NCBI GenBank assembly: GCA_001874265.1
Contig: MPDD01000006.1
Coordinates: 31,778 to 95,777, forward strand
DNA from: Bacteroidetes bacterium MedPE-SWsnd-G1
Lineage (GTDB): Bacteria > Bacteroidota > Bacteroidia > Flavobacteriales > Flavobacteriaceae
Direction: 5' to 3'
Length of the DNA stretch: 64,000 bases
The notes beneath the pieces were generated by a model. That model was not told the origin of the DNA and made no database searches. It saw only the letters and a list, made by a program, of their open reading frames with translations. The position numbers and the translations under genes are program-made. Of the stretch, positions 51,883-61,083 are shown in pieces. The stretch's first letter is position 1. Each line of letters opens with the position of its first letter.

Positions 51883-52549
51883 ATGAGATCCAAGTTTCCT
51901 CTATAAAATCAATTATCCAATCGTTGTTTTCTTTTTTAATGTAGATTCTAAATCCGTGACCATTCAAACGCCCATAGACTATTCCACCATCTAAAACTCC
52001 AAATTTGTGATTAGTATCGAATGTAATTGTAGTAAATGAAATTGCAGCCCCGAGATGAAAAGGATATTCTTTATGCCATATTTCTGAATTTTGTGGGAAG
52101 CCTGAACTGCGCTTAAAAATAAATTTTGTGCTTTTAAATTTATTTAAATCAATTTTATAAACACTTGATTGAATTAAGGAATCAGTTTTAACCTGATAGT
52201 TACTGAAATGTTTAATTAAATGGTTGTAGTTGGATTTATAGGGAGACTTGATAGAATCATTAATTACGAGTATTGTGCGTGATGTGTCTAATTCAATTTC
52301 AGTTTTTCTTATTTTAAATTCTTTTAAAAATTCTTCATGCCTATCTAGATTTTTTTGATGATTGGAATCTGACATTCCATCTAGTTTAAATGGAGGTGGA
52401 GGTTCCTGCAATCTATAGTCTTGGTAGACATTATCAATTATTGTGGGTAATATGTTTTCTAATATTTCTTTATTGGAATCCGTATTATTAGTATCTGTGG
52501 TACAAGCAGAAAAAACTATTAACTAGAATAAGAATAATTTATTTATCAT
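51881..52549 (-). pseudogene. Hypothetical lipoprotein with an in-frame TAG at codon 9
   Basis: ATG 52549: MINKLFLF*LIVFSACTTD... continues in frame into the 176-aa ORF; TAG at 52525-52523. Confidence 0.7.
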
Positions 52550-53810
52550 CAACCTTTGATTTACCATATAATTTATGATAGTACAATGCAGCTATTAGGC
52601 CAATTGTAAAAAAGGAAATAAGCATCCAAAATACATGTTGATGTCCTTGTTCACCAGGAGAATTTTCTAATAAGTATCCCATCATAGGGCTTGCAAAAAT
52701 ATCTGGAGCATAGCCAATTATAGATATAAGTCCTACAGCAGTTCCCGTTAAAACTAATGGAATTTGACCTTTCTGCATTACTGCAAAATAGAGCGAACGT
52801 GCTGCGTATACACCTATAGCAACAATAAAAGTAGAAATAAAAAATAATAAAGTTGTGCTATCAGAAATAATACCTAAGGCAAAGCATAGTGAGCCTGCAA
52901 TGGCAACTATAAATCCAATAATAAGCCAATAGGTTGTTTGAGTACGATCTGCTAAAAATCCAATAGCAACTCCGACAATAGGGCGAACAAATAGGAGGAA
53001 AGTGCCCACTTTTGCCGCTTCTACTTGATTGTATTTCATTACATCTTGGGCATACAAAGAAAATACATCTGTAATTTTATAACCGACATAAGCACATAAT
53101 ATAATTACCATCAAAAGTAGTACTGAAGGTAATTTTAAAACTTCTTTAATTTCAGAAAGAGTGATTTTTTCTATAATAATTTTCTTCTCAATTCCCTTAT
53201 CTAATTTCATAAAAAACCAAACCAAAAGACCTACAAATGCAACAATTATTGTTGAGGTAATCACAACATTTTTAAATGCATTTTTTGTTTCTTCGATAGA
53301 AATTTCGGATAGATTAGAGTTTATAAAGATGGAAAATATCAATAATCCCATGGCTCCAAAAAGTGCTCCTACTAGACCTCGCCCTCCATCTAAAAAACCA
53401 AATGCTTTTCCTTGTGAACTGGATCCTCCCCAAACTCTAGTGGCTTTAATCATTGGAGCCCAAAACAAAAATATGGTGGTAAAACCCCAATATCCATACA
53501 ATATTTTAAGTGTTAAATAATCAGGGAAGGTTGCATAAACCAATCCGCCTAAAGCTGTCATCCAAAGGGCTACAGCAATTAATTTTCTTGGAGGGTATTT
53601 GTCTGCTAAAGGTCCTCCAAATACATAAGAAACTAGTGCAACTATTCCGTAAGTGGAAAAACAATAGCCTAGTTGTAAATTATCCAATCCAAAGGCATCT
53701 AGAACAGTTGGTCTAAAAACACGTGCTAAAACAAAGGGTAAAATAAAAACGGATTCACCAGCTAAAATTAGCAGTAATAAGAAATGCCAAGGAATACGTT
53801 TTTGAGTCAT
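52539..53810 (-). CDS. MFS transporter (YqcE/YihN-like)
   Basis: ~12 TMs, GGPLADKYPPRKL, QGKAFGFLDGGRG, GFLADR. Confidence 0.85.
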   Translation of the reverse strand: MTQKRIPWHFLLLLILAGESVFILPFVLARVFRPTVLDAFGLDNLQLGYCFSTYGIVALVSYVFGGPLADKYPPRKLIAVALWMTALGGLVYATFPDYLTLKILYGYWGFTTIFLFWAPMIKATRVWGGSSSQGKAFGFLDGGRGLVGALFGAMGLLIFSIFINSNLSEISIEETKNAFKNVVITSTIIVAFVGLLVWFFMKLDKGIEKKIIIEKITLSEIKEVLKLPSVLLLMVIILCAYVGYKITDVFSLYAQDVMKYNQVEAAKVGTFLLFVRPIVGVAIGFLADRTQTTYWLIIGFIVAIAGSLCFALGIISDSTTLLFFISTFIVAIGVYAARSLYFAVMQKGQIPLVLTGTAVGLISIIGYAPDIFASPMMGYLLENSPGEQGHQHVFWMLISFFTIGLIAALYYHKLYGKSKVDDK

Positions 53811-53814
53811 GGTT

Positions 53815-54642
53815 TTAATAAGAATATCTATTAAAAAAATCTTTTACATCTACAATATCATCAATGTTTAGAATATAGCATGTTTCACAAATGTCAGAAA
53901 AATCAAGTCCTCCTTTACCAATTGCTTCATTATTATACCTTCCATCAACCCCATTATATTTTTGACCTATTTCAACTGCAAGCGACCAAATTTCATCAAG
54001 GTTTTCATCATTTATTTTCGATTTCCATTGATTAAAATCTGAAGATTGTAATCCTGGAGATCCATTTCCAACTACATTGCCATCAGGTATTTTATGGTAT
54101 GAAATGTTGTTTTTTACATAATTCAAACTTTTTTCAGAAGTTACTTTTTCGTTCCATTCGCTGTGTTGAACAATGTTTATTCGTTTAGTAAGGTCTATTT
54201 CAGGTTTTTCTTTTAATATCGCTTTTATCAACGCAGCAGAAAAATCTGATTGACCTGCATCAGCAATCCAAATATTACCGTTTTTATTGAGCGTTTTTAG
54301 TGCAATTTTTTTAACTCTTTCAACTGCTTTGTCAAAATCTTTATGAGCATCAGTCCAATTTTTTTTAAAGGCTAATTCAAATAATTCATTTGGTGGCACA
54401 TATAAACCATCTTGTACGCCATAAGTCCCCGCCACTGCATGAAAGTTTATTTTTTCAAATTCTTTATTGTTGAATAACATGTAAAAGGCCGCAGCAGAAT
54501 GAATATCATCCACATCAGTTTTACAATCAAAATGACCTAATAATAAATCCTTATCCATATTAAATCTTTTTGGTTTATTTACAAATGATATCAATAAAAA
54601 ACTTAGGCTTAATAAGACTCCAAATTGTATAAGTCGTTTCAT
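53815..54642 (-). CDS. Secreted hypothetical protein, nucleoside-hydrolase-like N-terminal Asp motif
   Basis: Signal peptide; HFDCKTDVDDIHS resembles the Asp-rich metal/ribose-binding motif of IU-NH-fold enzymes. Confidence 0.55.
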   Translation of the reverse strand: MKRLIQFGVLLSLSFLLISFVNKPKRFNMDKDLLLGHFDCKTDVDDIHSAAAFYMLFNNKEFEKINFHAVAGTYGVQDGLYVPPNELFELAFKKNWTDAHKDFDKAVERVKKIALKTLNKNGNIWIADAGQSDFSAALIKAILKEKPEIDLTKRINIVQHSEWNEKVTSEKSLNYVKNNISYHKIPDGNVVGNGSPGLQSSDFNQWKSKINDENLDEIWSLAVEIGQKYNGVDGRYNNEAIGKGGLDFSDICETCYILNIDDIVDVKDFFNRYSY

Positions 54643-56864
54643 TTTAGTTTCATGTTTTTTAATAGATTTTTCGAAAACTCTAGCATGTGTTGAACTTCAT
54701 CCGTTCTGGCAATATGTAAATATTTAAATATCATTAAAGCTTCACCATTACTTTCAATATGATGAATTTCATTTTCTTCTAAGAACTTAATTAATTCTGG
54801 TGAGAAGAATTTTCGTATGGCTGCTTCGTCTGATCCACTTAATAAAAACTTATTCGAGAATTCTGGCGATTTAACAAAGTCTATGTCGCCTTTTCCTCCA
54901 GAAAGCACTTTTACTTTGTCAAAAATCTTATCAAAAGGTCCTTCTTTATCTATGATAAAGTCTGGAATGCGAACTGGTAAACGAACTATTTGAACGGTTG
55001 TTTGATAGACTTCTAGGGCTAACATGGCACCTTCGTCAAATATGATGTCTGCAATTTCCCAATGTGTATTATTTTCGGTATCCATGCCTTGTAATGAGTT
55101 GTTTTTCATTTCAATAGGTCTGGATTTGAAGAAATCGAAATTTCTTAAATAGGATGTATTCCAATCCACTTCTCTTTGGAATGACCAGTGGTTTGCAATT
55201 GCCATTTTTTGTAAACGAATCTGACGTTTGGTAATTCGTTTTTTACGTCTTCCTGTAACAACTTTTAAGGCTCTGTTATGGCTGGTTGAAGAGGTGTGAT
55301 TGTCTAATCCCATTAATTGCACATTACCACCATTATTATCATGTGTACGTTTAAATTCAATCAAATTTTCCATAATCGATAAATCAACCAATCTAGTTTG
55401 GGACATGTCAATTTTAATGGTTGACCCTGTTGGAATATCTTCTAATAACTTATCTAGCCTTAAAGCATATAAAAAGTTGGCTACGCCTTTTAATTTTACA
55501 TCATAAGTACCGTTTTCTAATTGATACACTTTAGATCCTGAATTGTAAATCATTTTAAAGAAGTTACGGAATCCAACTTTAGCCAATAAAATGTGTAGTG
55601 TTAAGGTAATTAAAATTCCACCAATAATTCCATATAAAAGACTTGTGTATAATGTGATGATTAGGGTAGAGGATAAGAACAATAATTGTTCTACACCTTG
55701 GTCATATGTATTTTTGAATACTTTTGGAGATGCTAATTTAAATCCGGTATGTACCAAAATGGCTGCTAAAGCGGCTAAAGGAATACTTCTTAAAACTGGG
55801 GCTAATAGGACCACGAATAATATTAAGAAAAGACCATGGTAAAAATTAGACCATTTGGTTTTTGCATTGTTATTTACGTTTACTGTACTTCTTACAATTA
55901 CGTTTATAATTGGTAACCCTCCTAATGCTCCAGAAACCATCGTACTTAATCCAACACCCAACAAATCTTTATTTAGGTTTGTGGTTCTTTTGTAAGGGTC
56001 TAATTTATCTACGGCTCTAGCACTTGCCATGGTAATTACAGTTCCGATAGCAGTAATAGAGAGTACAGTTGTCCAAAATGGCCAAGTGCCGATTCTACTA
56101 AAATCTGGATGCATGATACTATCTAATGGATTTTCTGGAATGCTAATCAACAAATCAGGGCTAACATTGTAGGTATGTCCAAATAGTTCTATACCATGGG
56201 CGTGAAAGAAATCAAAGCCAAAAACGATTGGAAGAGCCAATACCAATACCCACATTGGAGCGGGAATAACTCTTATAAATTTGATGTTTATTCTTTTATA
56301 AAAGACGAGCACCAATACGCCTAATAAAGAAATGATGAATACAAATGGATTCAGTTCAGGTATTTTGGAAACAGCATCTATTAGAATGTTAATGATGGTA
56401 TCCGCCTCAGTTTTTGTCCCTAGAGCAAAATGAATTTGTTTTGCAAATATAATAACGCCAATTGCAGCTAATATTCCATGTAAAACTGATGAAGGCAATA
56501 GTTTTGCATAGCGTCCCATTTTTAACAATCCAAACAACACCTGAATTGCGCCGGAAACAACAATGGCTGCTAACACATAATTGATATTGCCGTCCAAAAC
56601 AGCAAGTCCACCTAAAATGGCGGCGATTAAGCCGGCCGCAGGACCGTTAATAGCTAAATTACTTCCTCTAAAAAATGTGGTTACTACTCCGGCAATGATA
56701 GAGGACATTAATCCGGCCATTGGAGTAACGCCAGATGCAACCGCGACTCCTAATGCAAGGGGTAAGGCAACTAAAGATACACTTAAGGCTGCTGTTAGGT
56801 CACTTCTCCAATTTTCTTTTAATCCTTTAAAGCCAGAAGCAGGAATCTTATGTTCGTTATTCAT
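54639..56864 (-). CDS. SulP-family transporter with STAS-like domain and ~200-aa C-terminal extension
   Basis: VALPLALGVA, INGPAAGL, GGLPIINVIVRS, IPLAALAAIL. Confidence 0.88.
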   Translation of the reverse strand: MNNEHKIPASGFKGLKENWRSDLTAALSVSLVALPLALGVAVASGVTPMAGLMSSIIAGVVTTFFRGSNLAINGPAAGLIAAILGGLAVLDGNINYVLAAIVVSGAIQVLFGLLKMGRYAKLLPSSVLHGILAAIGVIIFAKQIHFALGTKTEADTIINILIDAVSKIPELNPFVFIISLLGVLVLVFYKRINIKFIRVIPAPMWVLVLALPIVFGFDFFHAHGIELFGHTYNVSPDLLISIPENPLDSIMHPDFSRIGTWPFWTTVLSITAIGTVITMASARAVDKLDPYKRTTNLNKDLLGVGLSTMVSGALGGLPIINVIVRSTVNVNNNAKTKWSNFYHGLFLILFVVLLAPVLRSIPLAALAAILVHTGFKLASPKVFKNTYDQGVEQLLFLSSTLIITLYTSLLYGIIGGILITLTLHILLAKVGFRNFFKMIYNSGSKVYQLENGTYDVKLKGVANFLYALRLDKLLEDIPTGSTIKIDMSQTRLVDLSIMENLIEFKRTHDNNGGNVQLMGLDNHTSSTSHNRALKVVTGRRKKRITKRQIRLQKMAIANHWSFQREVDWNTSYLRNFDFFKSRPIEMKNNSLQGMDTENNTHWEIADIIFDEGAMLALEVYQTTVQIVRLPVRIPDFIIDKEGPFDKIFDKVKVLSGGKGDIDFVKSPEFSNKFLLSGSDEAAIRKFFSPELIKFLEENEIHHIESNGEALMIFKYLHIARTDEVQHMLEFSKNLLKNMKLK

Positions 56865-56946
56865 TAGTTAGTTTGGTAATGGTTTTTAAAGTTTTTTATG
56901 ATCTCTAAAGATGAAGTATACTTTTTGTAAACATACAACAATTGAC

Positions 56947-57576
56947 TTAACTATCCTTTAAAAATTGTTTCCACTCGGTTGGAGTGTTTAAGTTCTTTGT
57001 GATTGAATTGTCATTAACAGGAATCATAGTAATTTGGTGTGATGGTAAGTTTTTGATTTGGAGATCTAAGCGTGCCAAATCACTGTTTAAATTCAGATTT
57101 AGTAATGAATTCCAGAATAAGGAATCTAATTTTATCGGATGTCCATTTTTACCTAAATAAGATGGCATAGTAACCAGGTTTTTACCTCTAGTGATAAGTG
57201 GTAGTTCTTTTTGGTTTAAGATTGGAACATCTATAGGATTCAAAATTACGTTTGTTTTTAAATCAATTGAATTTAAAACTGTTTGTAAAGTGGAAAAAGA
57301 CCCATTTTCTGGCCTCGGATTTAGAATTACCTTCACGGCTACTCCCATAAATTGAACAAACTGCTTCGTAGCTTGCTCAAACCAATCTATAGCCCAGAAA
57401 TAATGTTCTGCATCATAACCTAAACCTATATAAACTTTTTGGATTCCGCTTTTTCCAATTCTGTTGATTTGTTCTAGAACCCAAAAGGTTTTACCATATT
57501 TCAATAAACCTTTAGCAACTCCCATTCGTTCTGACTTACCTCCAGCAAGAAGAATTGCAACAGTGTTATTTTCCAT
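56947..57576 (-). CDS. MobA/MocA-like nucleotidyltransferase (probably Moco cytidylyltransferase)
   Basis: ILLAGGKSERMG..KGLL, NPRPENG, PIDVP, GKNGHP, NLNTP; follows xdhC. Confidence 0.8.
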   Translation of the reverse strand: MENNTVAILLAGGKSERMGVAKGLLKYGKTFWVLEQINRIGKSGIQKVYIGLGYDAEHYFWAIDWFEQATKQFVQFMGVAVKVILNPRPENGSFSTLQTVLNSIDLKTNVILNPIDVPILNQKELPLITRGKNLVTMPSYLGKNGHPIKLDSLFWNSLLNLNLNSDLARLDLQIKNLPSHQITMIPVNDNSITKNLNTPTEWKQFLKDS

Positions 57577-58327
57577 AATGGACTTTTAATAATTCTGCGG
57601 CCACACTAATAGCAATTTCATTCGGTGTAATTCCGCCAATATCTAATCCAACTGGGCAATTAACTGGTTCAATTCCGTTTTCAAAACCCAATTCATTTTT
57701 CAGCATATTATGAAATTTTACCTTTTTTGTTTTGCTTCCAATAAGGCCAATGTATTTGGTTTGTTCATCTAGGGCCAAGGCGGTAATTTCGTAATCTAAT
57801 TTGTGGTCATGTGTCATTATAACCATGTAGCAATTACTTCCCCATTGAATATGAGATTTGTACAAGTCGAAGTCAATACTTGAATAGTTGACGTGTTCTC
57901 CAATGTTAATTTCATTCTCCCATCCTTTTCTTGTATCCATTAAATGAATTTTATAAGGAGTGTCTTTTAAAATATTACATATTTCTTGGCCAATATGACC
58001 GGCACCGAATAGATATAAATTGGGTTCTAAATTCATGGGTTCAATAATTAATTCAACTATACCGCCACAGCATTGTTCAAATTCTGGGCCAAGTGTGTAT
58101 GAAAATTCAAGTATAGTGTTTGATTGAATTGCTTCCGCTGCTTTGTTAATAATCTGAAATTCCAATTTGCCTCCACCTACTGTACCATGAATGGTTTTGT
58201 CTAGGGTAACTAACATTCTTGCACCTACCTTACAAGGTGAAGAACCTTTAATTTTGGTAATAGTTACTAGAGCTACAGGAATCTTTTGTTTTTTAAATTC
58301 CAGTAGTTTTTCAATCCATAACTGCAT
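57566..58327 (-). CDS. xdhC: Xanthine dehydrogenase accessory protein XdhC
   Basis: GSSP, GTVGGGKLE, QCCGG, FGAGHIG, MTHDHKLD, GLIGSKTK, CPVGL..PNEIAIS. Confidence 0.9.
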   Translation of the reverse strand: MQLWIEKLLEFKKQKIPVALVTITKIKGSSPCKVGARMLVTLDKTIHGTVGGGKLEFQIINKAAEAIQSNTILEFSYTLGPEFEQCCGGIVELIIEPMNLEPNLYLFGAGHIGQEICNILKDTPYKIHLMDTRKGWENEINIGEHVNYSSIDFDLYKSHIQWGSNCYMVIMTHDHKLDYEITALALDEQTKYIGLIGSKTKKVKFHNMLKNELGFENGIEPVNCPVGLDIGGITPNEIAISVAAELLKVHYGK

Positions 58328-58330
58328 AGG

Positions 58331-60511
58331 TTATACTAAATTATGATCTGATAAAGGTAAACTGTGATATCGCTTTCCTGTGGCTTTGAAAACAGCATTT
58401 ACAATAGCCGGTGCAATAACAGGTACACCTGGCTCTCCAACGCCAGTAGGCTTTTCATCACTATCAACTATTTCTACATGAATTTCTGGAGCCTCGTGCA
58501 TACGAACCATCTGATAATCGTGGAAATTACTTTGTTCAATAGCACCATCTTTTGCAGTGATTTTTCCGTACAACGCCAAAGACATTCCAAAAACAGCAGC
58601 ACCTTCCATTTGAGACTCTACCGTATTTTTGTTAATAGCTACTCCACAATCTACTACGGTGTGAACTTTATGAACTTTTACCTTCCCATCTTTCACAGAA
58701 ACTTCAGCTACAGAGGCAACATATGATAAAAAACTATACTGAACGGCTATACCTTGTGCATGACCTTCCGGTAATTTTTTACCCCAATCCGCATTTTTTG
58801 CAACTTGTTTTAATACATGTCTAAAACGTTTGGTATTCCATTTATAATCACCTTCTCCTCCTTCTATTCTATCTTCTGTTCCAATCATATTCAATCGGAA
58901 GTCAAGAGGGTCTTTGCCAGCCGCATGAGCTAATTCATCTATAAATACATTCACTGAAAAACCGTGTGGAATATTAATTACAGAGCGTAACCATCCAATA
59001 CGAACGTGTGCCGGAGCTTTACCGGTTTCAACGCGCATATCTGGAATTAAATAAGGCATGTTTGTGGCGCTTCCATTTTCCCAGCCTGCCGGTCCATCTG
59101 CTGCAGGATTAAAGGTTGACATTATAGATGGGAAGGCATAGCGATGTAGCCATCCTGAAACATTGCCATCCGCATCAATTCCTGCTTTCATGTATTGCGA
59201 TGATACGGTATGGAAATAACATTGTTGAATGTCATCTTCTCTAGACCATATGACCTGTACTGGACTATTAAGTTGTTTTGCCATTGCAACGGCTTCAACA
59301 ATATAATCTGGCTTTGACTTTCTACCGAAACCACCGCCTAAAAAGGTTATGTTAATTGTTACATTTTCTTTTTCAACTCCTAAAAATTCAGCAACTTCAG
59401 TTCTTGCTGTTTGTGGATCTTGAGTTGGAGCCCAAACTTCACAGGTATCTCCATTAACAACTGCTATTGCGTTTGGTACTTCCATAGGAGCATGCGCTAA
59501 ATGCGGTGCTTTAAAAGTGCTTTCGATAATTTTAGTTGCTTTTCTAAATGCTTTATTTACATTTCCACTTTCCTTAGCAACGGTCCCCTTTTTATGAACG
59601 TTTTTGGTCAGTAATTCCATGTAATCATCAGAATCATATGATCCATTTGCTCCTAAATCCCAATCTACCTTTAATGCATCTTTACCTTGGAATGCTGCCC
59701 AAGTATTGTTTGCAACAACAGCAACTCCACCCAATGCTCCGAAAGGTCTTGGAACTCGGTCTAATTGCATTACCTTTTCAACACCTTTTATTTTTAATGC
59801 CTCAGAATCATCGAAAGTTTTTGCAGTTCCAAACGTGGAAGGGCATCTTTTTATAGCAACAAATTTCATGTTGTCTACTCTCTTGTCTAATCCAAAAACT
59901 GCACTTCCATTCGCGTAATTAGGAACATCAATTCCTTCGAGGTATGAGCCTATATATTTAAACTTGTCTTTTGATTTAAATGTAACTTCTTCAGGAACTT
60001 CTAGTGTTTTTGCAATTTCTACTAAATCTCCAAAAGAAATTTTCTTACCACTGGTATGATGTACAAAATGATCTTTTGCCGAACATTCTTCAACCGAAAC
60101 TTCCCATTTCTTCGCTGCTGCCTGTTCTAGCATAGTTCTAGTTGTAGCACCCATTTTACGCATGGTTTCATATAAATACCGTATACTTCTTGAACCATCA
60201 GTATTTTGGTCGCCATACTTAGCATCTCCAGTTGCTTGTTTTATACTTACTCTTTTCCAATCAGCCTCCATTTCATCTGCAATTACTGAAGTAAGTGAGG
60301 TGCGGACACCATTACCCATTTCCGAGCGAGAAGCTACTAAAACCAAACTTCCATCAGAATTTAACTGCACAAATAAATTCGGATTGAATTCAATCAAATC
60401 TTTTGGCTCTGAAGCAAAAGGATTGCTGTTACATGCAATAATTAATCCACCTGAAGCCAACCCAATTCCTTTGATAAAACTTCTTCTACTAATGTTTCTA
60501 ACTGCTCCCAT
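58331..60511 (-). CDS. Molybdopterin-binding large subunit, isoquinoline 1-oxidoreductase beta (IorB)-like, Tat substrate
   Basis: SRRSFIK Tat motif, RSEMGNG, QNTDGSRS, HAPME, LGGGFGRK, WLRSV, GVGEPG. Confidence 0.9.
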   Translation of the reverse strand: MGAVRNISRRSFIKGIGLASGGLIIACNSNPFASEPKDLIEFNPNLFVQLNSDGSLVLVASRSEMGNGVRTSLTSVIADEMEADWKRVSIKQATGDAKYGDQNTDGSRSIRYLYETMRKMGATTRTMLEQAAAKKWEVSVEECSAKDHFVHHTSGKKISFGDLVEIAKTLEVPEEVTFKSKDKFKYIGSYLEGIDVPNYANGSAVFGLDKRVDNMKFVAIKRCPSTFGTAKTFDDSEALKIKGVEKVMQLDRVPRPFGALGGVAVVANNTWAAFQGKDALKVDWDLGANGSYDSDDYMELLTKNVHKKGTVAKESGNVNKAFRKATKIIESTFKAPHLAHAPMEVPNAIAVVNGDTCEVWAPTQDPQTARTEVAEFLGVEKENVTINITFLGGGFGRKSKPDYIVEAVAMAKQLNSPVQVIWSREDDIQQCYFHTVSSQYMKAGIDADGNVSGWLHRYAFPSIMSTFNPAADGPAGWENGSATNMPYLIPDMRVETGKAPAHVRIGWLRSVINIPHGFSVNVFIDELAHAAGKDPLDFRLNMIGTEDRIEGGEGDYKWNTKRFRHVLKQVAKNADWGKKLPEGHAQGIAVQYSFLSYVASVAEVSVKDGKVKVHKVHTVVDCGVAINKNTVESQMEGAAVFGMSLALYGKITAKDGAIEQSNFHDYQMVRMHEAPEIHVEIVDSDEKPTGVGEPGVPVIAPAIVNAVFKATGKRYHSLPLSDHNLV

Positions 60512-60513
60512 AA

Positions 60514-60969
60514 TTACGAATTTTTAAGTTCAACTGTTTCAATAATAGCACTCTTAATTCGCTGGTAAGTACCACATCTACAAATGTTCCGAGACATTGC
60601 ATTTTCGATATCCCTTTCAGAAGGGTTGTCGTTTGAGTTTAATAAAGCAGTCGCTGTAATTAACTGTCCAGGTTGACAAAATCCGCATTGCGGTACGTTG
60701 TGCTTTACCCAAGACTCTTGCAGTAATTGTAAATTTTTGTTTTCACCTTCAATGGTAATTATTTTTTTACCTTCTGCTGTCGCAGCTTTCATTTGACATG
60801 AGTTAATGGCCTGTCCGTCCATCAATACCATGCACGAACCACAAAGTCCTTTTCCGCATCCATATTTGGTTCCAGTATATCCAATAATATCTCTAATAGC
60901 CCATAAAAGAGGCATGTCTGGGTCAACATCAATCGAATGTTTTTTCCCATTAACATTTAGTGTAGTCAT
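60514..60969 (-). CDS. (2Fe-2S)-binding small subunit, IorA-like
   Basis: GCGKGLCGSC..C, QCGFCQPG, CRCGTY; ATG at 60969. Confidence 0.92.
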   Translation of the reverse strand: MTTLNVNGKKHSIDVDPDMPLLWAIRDIIGYTGTKYGCGKGLCGSCMVLMDGQAINSCQMKAATAEGKKIITIEGENKNLQLLQESWVKHNVPQCGFCQPGQLITATALLNSNDNPSERDIENAMSRNICRCGTYQRIKSAIIETVELKNS

Positions 60970-61083
60970 AACTTGGTAAGTAGTTTTTTGATTAGAAAGC
61001 TCCAAGTTAATGATTTTTTAAGCAGTTTTTTAAGAATGATATTCTTTTTAACAGAATATTAAAAAAACGAAGTGTCAATAAAG

